DNA of 64,000 bases from an uncultured delta proteobacterium. Its GTDB lineage: Bacteria > Desulfobacterota > Binatia > Binatales > Binataceae. A program made the position numbers and the translations under genes. Each line of letters opens with the position of its first letter. Position 1 is the first letter of the stretch. The stretch covers positions 1 through 64,000 of the forward strand of contig CAWCDG010000008.1 in assembly GCA_963794325.1 (NCBI GenBank), in the 5' to 3' direction. The notes under the pieces are model-generated. The model saw only the letters and a program-made list of their open reading frames with translations. It did no database searches and was not told the DNA's origin. Below, piece by piece: positions 52,740-62,590 of the stretch.

Positions 52740-54065
52740 ATGGCTTCTGCCGCGCCGCCTAAGAGGAGTTCGGCGCCTGATCAAGCCGGATCTTCGCCCG
52801 GGCTTGGCGACCAGAACGACGCTCCGAATGTTCGCCAGCTCGTCACCGCGATTGCGATCGTGTTCGCGTTCAACGGCTTCACGATGTCGATCAACGGCAT
52901 CGGCTCCCCCTGGATCGCGAAGAGCTTTCACCTCGGCGAATCTGGAATCGCAACCCTGTTCGCGTGGATTTCATTCTCGGCGATCGGCGCGCTTGGACTC
53001 TCGCGGATGATCGATCGGTTAGGACGCCGCCGAATGCTGCTTGTATGCATGGCTGGCACTTCGGTGAGCGCGCTCGCCGCCGCTCTCTCCACCGGCATCG
53101 TCGCATTCGCGCTGTGCGAGATCGCGCTCTACGCCTTTATCGGGGCGACGGTCTCCGGCGGCGTCGTCATTCTCGCCGAGGAACTCCCCATCGATCTGCG
53201 CTCGCGAGGACAAAGCTGGGGCGGGCTGGGAATGGGTGCCGGCGGCGGCTTGTGTCTCACCATCATGCCGATCGTCACGAGTCATCATTCATGGCGATGG
53301 ATGCTTGTGCTGGCGTCGGTGATGGGAGTCGTCGCGCTGTGGAGAGCGTCCCGCGTCATACGGGAAAGTGGGCGATGGCAACGCGCCGCCGCGAGCGGCA
53401 CGACTTCGGCCAGCAGCTTCTACGACGTATTCGGAAAACTCTATCGACGGCGCGCGGTCACGATCCTGTTCTGCTCATTGCTGGGCAATATCGCGGGAAT
53501 CGCAGCCAGCAGTTGGTCATACTTCCACCTGGTCTCGGTCGTCGGATTGAACCCGGGCGTCGCCAGCGCACTGATGCTGATCGGCGGCGGCGTCGGGATG
53601 CTCGGCTTCCCGCTGGGCGCGCGAACATGCGAGCGTTACGGCCGCATCCCGACAATCTTCGTGGCGGGCCTGATTACCGGCCTCGGCGCGCTGGCTTTCT
53701 ACTGGGGTCCTCCGGCGCACTTGCCTCTTCGATGGCTCTGGATTGAGGTAACGTATTGCTGTTTCACCGCAGGCTTGAGCGCCGGACAAGTTGGCGGCAA
53801 CTCGCTCGGAACCGAACTTTTCCCCACAGCTATCCGCGGTGCGATGATGGGATGGTATTCGTTGATCGGTGCAGCCGCCGCCATCACCGCCCAAACTTTG
53901 ATCGCAGTTCTCGCCACGCACCTCGGCGGCCTGTCAATCGTGGTCGGCTACCTGAGCCTGCTCGCAATCCCCAACGCGATAATCGTCGCACTGTTACTAC
54001 CGGAAACCCGCGGCCTGTCGCTGGAAGCCGCCGCAATGGAAGATGCGTTCGAGAAGTCGCAGTAG
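52740..54065 (+). CDS. MFS transporter (start uncertain)
   Basis: DRLGRR, E.YGR, ELFPT.IRG, LPETRG; about 12 TM helices. Confidence 0.85.
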   Translation: MASAAPPKRSSAPDQAGSSPGLGDQNDAPNVRQLVTAIAIVFAFNGFTMSINGIGSPWIAKSFHLGESGIATLFAWISFSAIGALGLSRMIDRLGRRRMLLVCMAGTSVSALAAALSTGIVAFALCEIALYAFIGATVSGGVVILAEELPIDLRSRGQSWGGLGMGAGGGLCLTIMPIVTSHHSWRWMLVLASVMGVVALWRASRVIRESGRWQRAAASGTTSASSFYDVFGKLYRRRAVTILFCSLLGNIAGIAASSWSYFHLVSVVGLNPGVASALMLIGGGVGMLGFPLGARTCERYGRIPTIFVAGLITGLGALAFYWGPPAHLPLRWLWIEVTYCCFTAGLSAGQVGGNSLGTELFPTAIRGAMMGWYSLIGAAAAITAQTLIAVLATHLGGLSIVVGYLSLLAIPNAIIVALLLPETRGLSLEAAAMEDAFEKSQ

Positions 54066-54083
54066 TGTTTCGCATGCGCGGGG

Positions 54084-54112
54084 TTGACCCACATCCAATG
54101 CGATCATAAATT
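54084..54112 (+). promoter_or_regulatory. Putative sigma70 promoter of the pyr operon
   Basis: TTGACC-N17-TAAATT immediately upstream of the PyrR-binding leader. Confidence 0.6.
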
Positions 54113-54119
54113 CTAGTCA

Positions 54120-54150
54120 CCTTTAAAACGCTACTGAGATAGCGAAAAGG
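54120..54150 (+). ncRNA. PyrR-binding RNA element (anti-antiterminator)
   Basis: CCTTTAAAAC-GCTA-CTGAGA-TAGC-GAAAAGG: CUUUAA motif, CNGNGA hexaloop and purine bulge, as in Bacillus pyr leaders. Confidence 0.8.
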
Positions 54151-54178
54151 AATGACAATGAAAGTGTATGTTTTCCGA

Positions 54179-54209
54179 CCCGGCTGTTTTTGCAGCCGGG
54201 ATTTTTTTT
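54179..54209 (+). terminator. Attenuator terminator upstream of pyrR
   Basis: CCCGGCTG-tttttg-CAGCCGGG followed by A and T8. Confidence 0.85.
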
Positions 54210-54219
54210 GGGTGTCGCG

Positions 54220-54768
54220 ATGAGCGCTGCCTCCAACGTCGCTCTCGACTCGGCGCAGGTCGGGCGCTCCGTCAAGCGGATCGCGATGGAAATCGCGGAG
54301 CGCAACGGCGGGGCCGACAATGTCGTCCTCGTCGGAATCGTTCGCCGCGGCGCAACTCTCGCCGAACGAATTGCTGATGAGCTGCGCGTCAATGGCAAGC
54401 GCGAGGTTCCCGTCGGCACGCTGGACATTTCGTCGTATCGCGATGACGGGAAGGGCGCGCCCGGCGACCCCCGGCTTATTGGCCGCGACATTCCTTTTTC
54501 ACTGGACAGCAAGCGCGTCGTGCTCGTTGACGACGTCCTGTACACCGGGCGAACCGTGCGCGCCGCGCTCGACGCGATCTCCGACCTGGGCCGGGCCGAG
54601 TCAGTCCAGCTCGCGGTGCTGGTCGATCGCGGAGAGCGCGAGCTTCCGATTCGCGCTGATTACGTCGGCAAGAACATCCAGGCCCCGCGCGGCCAGCGCG
54701 TATACGTGCGGCTCACTGAAATAGACGGCGCGGACGCCGTGGTGATTGGCAACGCAAACGGAAAATGA
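54220..54768 (+). CDS. pyrR: Pyrimidine regulator / uracil PRTase PyrR
   Basis: RIA.EI.E, GI.RRG, LDISSYRDD, VDDVLYTGRT.RAA, DRG.RELPIRADYVGK. Confidence 0.95.
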   Translation: MSAASNVALDSAQVGRSVKRIAMEIAERNGGADNVVLVGIVRRGATLAERIADELRVNGKREVPVGTLDISSYRDDGKGAPGDPRLIGRDIPFSLDSKRVVLVDDVLYTGRTVRAALDAISDLGRAESVQLAVLVDRGERELPIRADYVGKNIQAPRGQRVYVRLTEIDGADAVVIGNANGK

Positions 54769-54806
54769 GGTCAAACGCGCGCGCTCGAAGCGCGACGAAT
54801 ATTGAA

Positions 54807-56752
54807 GTGTCACGCCTGGCAAAATTTGATGTCGTTTCGATCGAGGATCTCGAGACCTCGGACATCGAACGCATCTTTGCGCTCGCCGACGACTTCGCGG
54901 CTCAGCTCGAACGGGGCGAACAGATTACGACTGCCGCCGGACTCATCATGGCGACGCTGTTTTACGAGCCTTCGACGCGCACCCGTCTCAGCTTCGAGTC
55001 TTCGATGCATCGCCTCGGCGGCGCCGTGATCAGCTCGGCCGATATGCAGGCGAGTTCCGCCGCCAAGGGCGAGAGCCTGGCCGACACCGTGCGCGTGGTC
55101 GCCGGCTATGCCGACCTGATCGTGCTGCGACATCCTCATGACGGTGCTGCGCGCGTCGCTGCCGAGTACGCGCCGTGCCCGGTGCTGAACGCCGGCGACG
55201 GCAGCCGCGAGCATCCCACTCAGACCCTGTGTGACCTCTACATCCTGCGTAAGAAAAAGGGCCGCCTGAAGGGACTCACTGTCGCGCTATGCGGCGATCT
55301 GAAATTTGGCAGAACCGTTCATTCGCTGATCTATGCGCTCGCGCGTTTCGGCGCGAATATCGTCGCCGTCCCGACTGCCGGCATGGAGGTTCCCGACTAC
55401 GTCCTCGAACGCCTGGCCGCAGAGCGCAACTACAGTTTCTCGACTGTCACGATGGACGAGCTGAAGTCCCTGGCGGGCGGCCTCGATGCTCTTTATCTGA
55501 CGCCCAGCGCGCCACATCAGATGGCGCTATTCACCGGCGACGACGCGCTGCGAACAATTCCGGCCGCCGAACCTCCAACCAATCTCGATGCGTTCTATGT
55601 CACGCGCTTGCAGAAGGAGCGCATGTCGGGGAAGGAGGCCGGCAGCTGCCGACTACGTCCGCTTCGACGCGCGCGCGCTGCGCACCAGCCGTACCAATGA
55701 AGCCGTCGTGATGCATCCGCTTGCCGCGCACCAACGAACTCGCGTACGAACTCGACACCGATCCGCGCGCGGTTTATTTCGAGCAGGCAGCCGCCGGCGT
55801 GCCGGTCCGGATGGCGTTGATCGCATGGCTGATGGAGAAAGCCGCCGCATCCGCCACTCCGCGCGAGACGAGCGAGGCGATTCGGTTCAAGGCAGAGATG
55901 CCCCCGCGGTGCTCGAATCCGAATTGCGTCACGCGCTTCGAGGGTGCGTATCTCCTGTCGCGATTCACGCTCGGCCGCAGCGCGGATACCGCGGTGCTCG
56001 TACTGAAGTGCGGCTTTTGCGAACGCGATCTGAAAATCGAATACGTCGGCCATGCACGCTCGCATCGCTACTATCGCTTCGACGAAAACCTGCAAGGTTA
56101 CGTTCAGCAATGGATCGAAGAAGGCTCGCTCGCCGTATTCGACAGTGTGAAGCAGGCCGAGGAAGGCGGATACGAGCCGTACAAGCGCGGCCCGCAGCGC
56201 GAAATCATGAACGATAAGGAAGTCGTTCGCGCGATCGAATCGCTCGCCGATCAGGTGATCGCCGACGTTCAGGACATGCCGAGCGTCTCGATTGTCGGTG
56301 TCGTCAGTCGTGGTGCGATGCTCGCGCTACGACTGCGCGATTTGATCGGTTCGAAGACTGGGGTCCTGCCGCGCTGCGCCGCACTCGACGTGTACAAACC
56401 CACCGATGCGTTGCAGCCGATCGATGGCACCGAAAACTTCGACGTTGAAGACCGTACGATAGTTCTGGTCGATGACGTGATTAACAGTGGATGGACCGTG
56501 CAGCGCGCGATGGCGACGATCTGGCAGCGCGGACGCCCGGCATCGGTAAAGCTGGCGGTACTGATCGATCGTGGACATCGCGCAGTTCCAATTCGGCCAA
56601 ACTACGTCGGCAAGAACATCCCGACCTCGCGCACCGAGCGCGTGCAAGTGCGGCTCGGCACGGCCGGCAACGATCCGAAATCCAAATCGCACGACCACGT
56701 GACTATCTATTCAATCGTCGAACCGATGAAAGAACCGGAGGCGGCGCATTGA
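54807..56752 (+). CDS. pyrB: Aspartate carbamoyltransferase fused to a PyrI-like Zn domain and a PyrR-like PRTase domain; two +1 frameshifts (~55645, ~55721)
   Basis: FYEPSTRT, KGESL.DT, HPTQTL, GDLKFGRTVHSL, TRLQKER; MHPL|PR spans the shifts; then in one frame CSNPNC...CGFC and VDDVINSG...DRGHRAVPIRPNYVGK. Confidence 0.85.
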
Positions 56753-58101
56753 GTTCGATTCTGCTCAGCGGAGGGCGCGTGATCGATCCCGCCAGCGCGC
56801 TCGACGGCGAGTATGAGGTGTTGCTGCGCGATGGCGAGATCGCGGCGGTGGAACCGGCCGGCACTCGCCTCGGCGATGCGACCTTAGTTGATGTGCGCGG
56901 ATGCTGGATTGTACCGGGACTGATCGATCCGCATGTACATTTGCGCGACCCGGGGTTTCCCGAAAAAGAAACAATCTTGACCGGCTTGCGGGCCGCTGCG
57001 GCTGGCGGTTTCACGACAGTGGCTGCGATGGCGAACACGTCGCCGGTCAATGACAATCCAGCTATCACGCGCTACATGCTCGAGCGCGCCAGCGACGCCC
57101 ATTCGGCGCGGCTGGTGCCGGTGTCCGCGGTCACCCAGGGACTCGGTGGTGTCGAGCCGGTCGACTTCGCCGCGATGCTTGAAGCGGGTGCGCGATTGTT
57201 CTCTGACGATGGCATTCCAATCGATGATGCGATGATCCTCTCGCGCGCGATGGACGAAACCAGGCGGCTCGGTTATGCAGTCGCGCTCCACGAAGAAGAC
57301 CGCGAGCTTTCCTGCAATGGAGCGCTGAACGCCGGCACCGTGTCGAAGCATCTGGGCGTCAGCGGTTATCCGGACTCGGCTGAATCGCAGCGCGTGCGAC
57401 GCGATCTGGCGCTGGCGATTGGCTCGGGTGCGGCGGTTCATGTGTGTCACGTGTCGACACCTGAGTCGCTCGAACTTATTCGCGCCGCGCGTCGGCACGG
57501 TGCGCAGATCACGTGCGAAGTCACGCCGCATCATTTCGCACTGGACGAAAGCGCCGCGATGGTTTGGGGAACCAACGCCAAGATGAATCCTCCGCTGCGA
57601 AGCCACCACGACGTCGAGCAACTGCTCGCCGCGATTCGCGACGGCACTATCGACATGATCGCGACCGACCACGCGCCGCACGATCCCGATTCCAAGCGGA
57701 TCGCGCAGGTTGGCGCCGTCTTCGGCCCGGGACATCCGGCGCCGCATCTTGACCACGCGGGCGCAGAGGAATTCGCGCATGCGGCGAACGGCGTCGTCGG
57801 CCTCGAAACCGCGCTCGGCCTCGCGCTTCAGTTAGTGCATCGATCGTTGATCGAGCCGGCGCGATTGATTGAAATGATGTCGGTCAATCCGGCGGCGTTG
57901 CTGAGGCTGCAAGCGGGAACGCTGGCGATTGGCACGACTGCCGATATCACGGTGATCGATCCCAATCTCGAATGGACCGTTGCGCCGGAAAAGTTTCTGT
58001 CAAAGAGCCGCAACACTCCATTCGCAGGGATGCGGCTGAAGGGCACGGCCATTCTGACTATTGTCGGCGGCGAAATCGTTTACGACGGGAGGAAGGCGTA
58101 A
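56749..58101 (+). CDS. pyrC: Dihydroorotase (type I)
   Basis: PGLIDPHVHLRDPG, MANT.P, FSDDG, EVTPHH, KMNPPLR, ATDHAPH, SKSRNTPF; TTG start overlaps the upstream stop. Confidence 0.93.
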   Translation: MSSILLSGGRVIDPASALDGEYEVLLRDGEIAAVEPAGTRLGDATLVDVRGCWIVPGLIDPHVHLRDPGFPEKETILTGLRAAAAGGFTTVAAMANTSPVNDNPAITRYMLERASDAHSARLVPVSAVTQGLGGVEPVDFAAMLEAGARLFSDDGIPIDDAMILSRAMDETRRLGYAVALHEEDRELSCNGALNAGTVSKHLGVSGYPDSAESQRVRRDLALAIGSGAAVHVCHVSTPESLELIRAARRHGAQITCEVTPHHFALDESAAMVWGTNAKMNPPLRSHHDVEQLLAAIRDGTIDMIATDHAPHDPDSKRIAQVGAVFGPGHPAPHLDHAGAEEFAHAANGVVGLETALGLALQLVHRSLIEPARLIEMMSVNPAALLRLQAGTLAIGTTADITVIDPNLEWTVAPEKFLSKSRNTPFAGMRLKGTAILTIVGGEIVYDGRKA

Positions 58102-58108
58102 CGGAGCG

Positions 58109-59302
58109 ATGAGTAAAGGGCGCGAAGCGATTCTGGCACTGGCCGACGGAAGAATTTTCCGCGGGCGCGCATTTGGCGCGGTCGGCGAGGCCGTCGGCGA
58201 AGTGGTCTTCAACACCGCCATGACCGGTTACCAGGAAGTGCTGACCGACCCGTCGTACAAGGGCCAGCTGGTCTGCATGACGTATCCGGAGATCGGCAAC
58301 GTCGGGATCAACGCCGAAGACGCGGAGTCGCGCCGCCTGTACGTCGAGGGATTCATCGTCAAGGAATACTGGGAGCGTCCGTCGAACTGGCGCTCGGAGA
58401 TGCCGCTGGGAAAGTACCTGGAGGATGCCGGAGTGGTCGGTATCGAGGGAATCGACACGCGCGCCCTGGTTCGACATCTCCGCACGCGCGGTGCTCAGGA
58501 AGCGGTGATATCGAGCATCGACCTGGATGCCGACTCGCTGGTGCGCAAGGCGAAGGCGTCGCCCGGATTGGTCGGCCGGGATCTCGTCAAAGAGGTTACC
58601 TCTGCCGAGGCTTACGATTGGGACTTCGGTGATTGGAAATTGGGGAGCGGGCACGTCAGGATGAGTCGCGAAGCGACGCGCGATGCGCCGACGATCGTCG
58701 CGCTCGATTACGGAATCAAGCTGAACATTCTGCGCCGGCTGGTTGCGACCGGATTTCGCGTTAAAGTGATTCCTGCCACGTCCAGTGCCGAGCAGATACT
58801 CGCGCACAATCCCGATGGAGTGTTTCTGTCGAATGGACCCGGCGATCCTGCAGCGCTGCCGTACGCTTACAGAGCCATCGCGGGCGTCCTGGGAAAAAAG
58901 CCGGTGTTCGGCATTTGTCTGGGACATCAACTGCTGGGGCTGGCACTCGGCGGCAAGACCTACAAACTCGATTTCGGGCATCATGGCGCAAATCACCCGG
59001 TGATGGATCTGCGCACTCGGCGGGTCGAGATCACGTCGCAGAATCACGGCTTCGCGGTCAACGATGAATCGTTAAAAGGCCGCGCTAAACTTTCGCATCT
59101 GAATCTCAACGACAACACCGTCGAAGGACTGCAAGGAACCGGGGTGCCGTTCTTTTCCGTGCAGTATCATCCGGAGGCGTCGCCGGGGCCGCATGATTCG
59201 AGCTACCTGTTCGCGCGATTTCGAAAACTGGTTGAAATGTTTCCACGCTACGGCGCGGAAGCGCTGGAGAGAATAATTGCGGCTGAGGCGTCGGCTCAAT
59301 GA
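58109..59302 (+). CDS. carA: Carbamoyl-phosphate synthase small subunit
   Basis: GEVVFNT.MTGYQE, SNGPGDP, GICLGHQ, QYHPEA. Confidence 0.97.
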   Translation: MSKGREAILALADGRIFRGRAFGAVGEAVGEVVFNTAMTGYQEVLTDPSYKGQLVCMTYPEIGNVGINAEDAESRRLYVEGFIVKEYWERPSNWRSEMPLGKYLEDAGVVGIEGIDTRALVRHLRTRGAQEAVISSIDLDADSLVRKAKASPGLVGRDLVKEVTSAEAYDWDFGDWKLGSGHVRMSREATRDAPTIVALDYGIKLNILRRLVATGFRVKVIPATSSAEQILAHNPDGVFLSNGPGDPAALPYAYRAIAGVLGKKPVFGICLGHQLLGLALGGKTYKLDFGHHGANHPVMDLRTRRVEITSQNHGFAVNDESLKGRAKLSHLNLNDNTVEGLQGTGVPFFSVQYHPEASPGPHDSSYLFARFRKLVEMFPRYGAEALERIIAAEASAQ

Positions 59303-59323
59303 CATGGCTTTAGGATTATCAAA

Positions 59324-62300
59324 TTGCCGCTTCGTAAAGATCTGAAATCGGTTTTGCTGATTGGCTCGGGTCCGATCGTTATCGGCCAAGCGTGCGAGTT
59401 CGATTACTCGGGCACGCAAGCCGTAAAGGCGTTGCGCGAGGAAGGGCTGCGGCTGATTCTGGTTAATTCGAATCCCGCAACGATAATGACCGATCCGGAA
59501 CTCGCCGATCGCACATATATCGAGCCGATGACCGTCGCGGTGCTGACGAAGATTATCGAGCGCGAGCGTCCAGACGCGCTGCTGCCGACGGTTGGCGGGC
59601 AGACTGCGCTTAACCTCGCAATCGAGCTGGCGGAGGCGGGCGTACTCGATCGATTCAAGTGTGAGCTGATCGGGGCGAAGCTTGAGGCGATCAAAAAGGC
59701 TGAGGATCGCGAGCTGTTCAAGAATGCGATGCTGAAAATCGGCCTCGAGGTGCCGCGTTCTGCGATTGCGCGTTCACGCCAGGATGCCGAAAGAGTACTG
59801 GACGAGCTTGGCTTGCCGGTGATTATCAGGCCGTCGCGAACGCTCGGCGGGACCGGCGGTTCGATCGCGCGGGAGTTGAGCGACTATCACATCAAGGTCG
59901 CTTACGGACTCGAACAGTCCCCGAATCACGAAGTGCTGATCGAGCAGTCGGTCGAAGGGTGGAAGGAATTCGAGCTCGAGGTGATGCGCGACACGGCGGA
60001 CAACGTCGTCATCATTTGCTCGATCGAGAACCTCGATCCAATGGGGGTGCACACCGGAGATTCGATAACGGTCGCACCTGCGCAGACTCTGACCGACAAG
60101 GAATACCAGCTGATGCGCGACGCGGCGATTCGGATCATCCGCGAAATCGGCGTCGACACCGGGGGGTCGAACATCCAGTTTGCGATCGAGCCGACTACCG
60201 GGCGGATGGTCGTGATCGAGATGAACCCGCGGGTGTCGCGGAGCTCGGCGCTGGCTTCGAAGGCGACCGGATTTCCGATCGCCAAGATCGCGGCGCGGCT
60301 GGCGGTCGGTTACCGGCTCGACGAGATTCCCAACGACATCACGCGCATGACGCCGTCGTGCTTCGAGCCGACCATCGACTATGTCGTGACCAAAATCCCG
60401 CGCTTCACGTTCGAGAAGTTTCGCGGCGCAGCCGACGAGCTGGGGCCACAGATGAAGTCGGTCGGCGAGGCGATGGCGATAGGGCGGACCTTCAAGGAGT
60501 CGCTGCAAAAGGCGCTTCGCTCGCTCGAAATTGGATCGCATGGGCTGGAGAGCGGGGGGCTTCCAGAGCCGCCGAGCGCTCAGGCGCTGGCGCAACTTCG
60601 GGCTCAAGTCGCGATGCCGAGCAGCCATCGCCTGTACCATCTGGCTGACGCGCTGCGGTTTGGGATCACACGCGCGGAAGTTTTCGAACTGAGCAAGATC
60701 GATCCCTGGTTTATCGATGCTGTCGCCGAACTGGTCGCGGAGGAAAAGCGCGTCGCGCGCGAGCCGTTGGGGGAGGCGTACTTCCGCGAGTTCAAGCCGA
60801 TGGGATTTTCAGATCGCCGAATCGCGGATCTGCGAGGCGTTGACGAAGCTGCCGTTGCGTCCGCACGGCGCAGCGCTGGAGTGATGCCGGTTTACAAATC
60901 GGTGGATACCTGTGGCGCTGAATTCGAAGCGTTCACGCCATACCTCTATTCGACCTACGAAGGCGAAGATGAGGCACCGCCGACCGCGCGCAAGAAAGTG
61001 ATCATCTTGGGCGGCGGACCGAACCGGATAGGGCAGGGGATCGAGTTCGACTACTGCTGCGTGCACGCGAGCATGGCGCTCAAGGACGCCGGTTTCGAAA
61101 CCATCATGGTGAATTGTAATCCCGAGACGGTCTCGACCGATTACGACATTTCGGATCGCCTCTACTTTGAGCCGCTGACCTTCGAGGACGTGATGGCGAT
61201 TGCCGAGCGGGAGCGTCCGGTCGGAGTGATCGTGCAGTTCGGGGGACAGACGCCGCTCAAGCTCGCAGTGCCGCTGGCGCGTGCGGGAGTGCCGATTTTG
61301 GGAACAACACCCGACGCGATCGATCGCGCGGAGGATCGTGAGCGCTTCAATGAGATGGTCGCGCGGCTCGGACTTAGACAACCGGATGGAGTGCTGGCGC
61401 GCGGGCTCGACGAGGCGGTCGCAGGCGCGTCGAAGGTCGGCTACCCGGTCCTGATCCGGCCGTCGTACGTGTTGGGCGGGCGCGCGATGGAAGTGATTCC
61501 CAACGAAGAGGAGCTGTGTCGGTACGTCACGCAGGCTCTGCAAGCCTCCGAGCGCCATCCGTTGTTAATCGATCGTTACCTGCAAGGCGCGATCGAAGTC
61601 GATGTCGATGCTATTTCGGACGGCGAGACCGTGGTTGTCGGCGGAATAATGGAGCACGTCGAGCATGCGGGGATCCATTCGGGCGATAGCGCGTGCGCAC
61701 TGCCTCCGACGACCTTGAGCGCCGCGATGCAGAAAGAATTAATCGCGCAGACGAAAATGCTGGCGCGCGAACTCGGTGTGATCGGGTTGATCAATATCCA
61801 GTATGCGATTTACGGCGGCGAGGTTTATATTCTCGAAGTCAATCCGCGCGCATCGCGCACGGTTCCGTTTGTAAGCAAAGCGATCGGTGCTCCGTTGGCG
61901 AAGTACGCCGCGCTGGTGATGGCCGGGAAGAAGCTCAGCGAAATCGGATTCACCACCGAACGGGTTCCAAAGCATGTCGCGGTCAAGGAATCGGTGTTTC
62001 CCTTCGGTCGGTTCCCCGGCGTCGATACAATCCTCGGGCCGGAGATGAAATCGACTGGCGAAGTGATGGGAATCGACAAGACGTTTGCGATGGCGTTCGC
62101 GAAGGCGTCGCTGGCGGCTTCGTCGAATCTACCGGATAGTGGGCTGGTATTTATCAGCGTTCGCGACGAAGACAAACGCTACCTCGAACCGATAGCGCGC
62201 GGACTGGATGCGATGGGATTCGATCTACTCGCGACGCGCGGGACCGCGAATCATATTCGAGATCTCGGGCTCAAATGCGAAACCGTCAACAAGGTGCTCG

Positions 62301-62533
62301 ATGGCAGCCCGCATATAGTGGATGCGATGAAAGAAGGGCGGGTCGCGATGGTCGTCAATACGCCCGACGCGAGCGGCGCAAAAGATTCGTTCTCGATTCG
62401 CCGCACGGCGCTGGAACTTCGACTGCCGTATTTCACAACGATGGCCGGAGCGAAGGCCGCGGTTGAAGGAATCTATGCGTTGAAGCATGAGCCGTTCGAA
62501 GTGCGCGCGCTGCAGGACTATCATCAGGATTGA
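59324..62533 (+). CDS. carB: Carbamoyl-phosphate synthase large subunit
   Basis: [17 protein letters not shown], duplicated ATP-grasp domains, C-terminal MGS domain. Confidence 0.97.
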   Translation: MPLRKDLKSVLLIGSGPIVIGQACEFDYSGTQAVKALREEGLRLILVNSNPATIMTDPELADRTYIEPMTVAVLTKIIERERPDALLPTVGGQTALNLAIELAEAGVLDRFKCELIGAKLEAIKKAEDRELFKNAMLKIGLEVPRSAIARSRQDAERVLDELGLPVIIRPSRTLGGTGGSIARELSDYHIKVAYGLEQSPNHEVLIEQSVEGWKEFELEVMRDTADNVVIICSIENLDPMGVHTGDSITVAPAQTLTDKEYQLMRDAAIRIIREIGVDTGGSNIQFAIEPTTGRMVVIEMNPRVSRSSALASKATGFPIAKIAARLAVGYRLDEIPNDITRMTPSCFEPTIDYVVTKIPRFTFEKFRGAADELGPQMKSVGEAMAIGRTFKESLQKALRSLEIGSHGLESGGLPEPPSAQALAQLRAQVAMPSSHRLYHLADALRFGITRAEVFELSKIDPWFIDAVAELVAEEKRVAREPLGEAYFREFKPMGFSDRRIADLRGVDEAAVASARRSAGVMPVYKSVDTCGAEFEAFTPYLYSTYEGEDEAPPTARKKVIILGGGPNRIGQGIEFDYCCVHASMALKDAGFETIMVNCNPETVSTDYDISDRLYFEPLTFEDVMAIAERERPVGVIVQFGGQTPLKLAVPLARAGVPILGTTPDAIDRAEDRERFNEMVARLGLRQPDGVLARGLDEAVAGASKVGYPVLIRPSYVLGGRAMEVIPNEEELCRYVTQALQASERHPLLIDRYLQGAIEVDVDAISDGETVVVGGIMEHVEHAGIHSGDSACALPPTTLSAAMQKELIAQTKMLARELGVIGLINIQYAIYGGEVYILEVNPRASRTVPFVSKAIGAPLAKYAALVMAGKKLSEIGFTTERVPKHVAVKESVFPFGRFPGVDTILGPEMKSTGEVMGIDKTFAMAFAKASLAASSNLPDSGLVFISVRDEDKRYLEPIARGLDAMGFDLLATRGTANHIRDLGLKCETVNKVLDGSPHIVDAMKEGRVAMVVNTPDASGAKDSFSIRRTALELRLPYFTTMAGAKAAVEGIYALKHEPFEVRALQDYHQD

Positions 62534-62590
62534 GAGGGCGAGGTAAACTAAATCACGACGCGCGTCCGCGCGGCTGTTTTCGCAACGCGC

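Noticed and set aside
55640-55725. Programmed frameshifting in pyrB (likewise mdh)
   Set aside because: Would need two successive shifts inside catalytic domains with no slippery sites; the same pattern occurs throughout the window.
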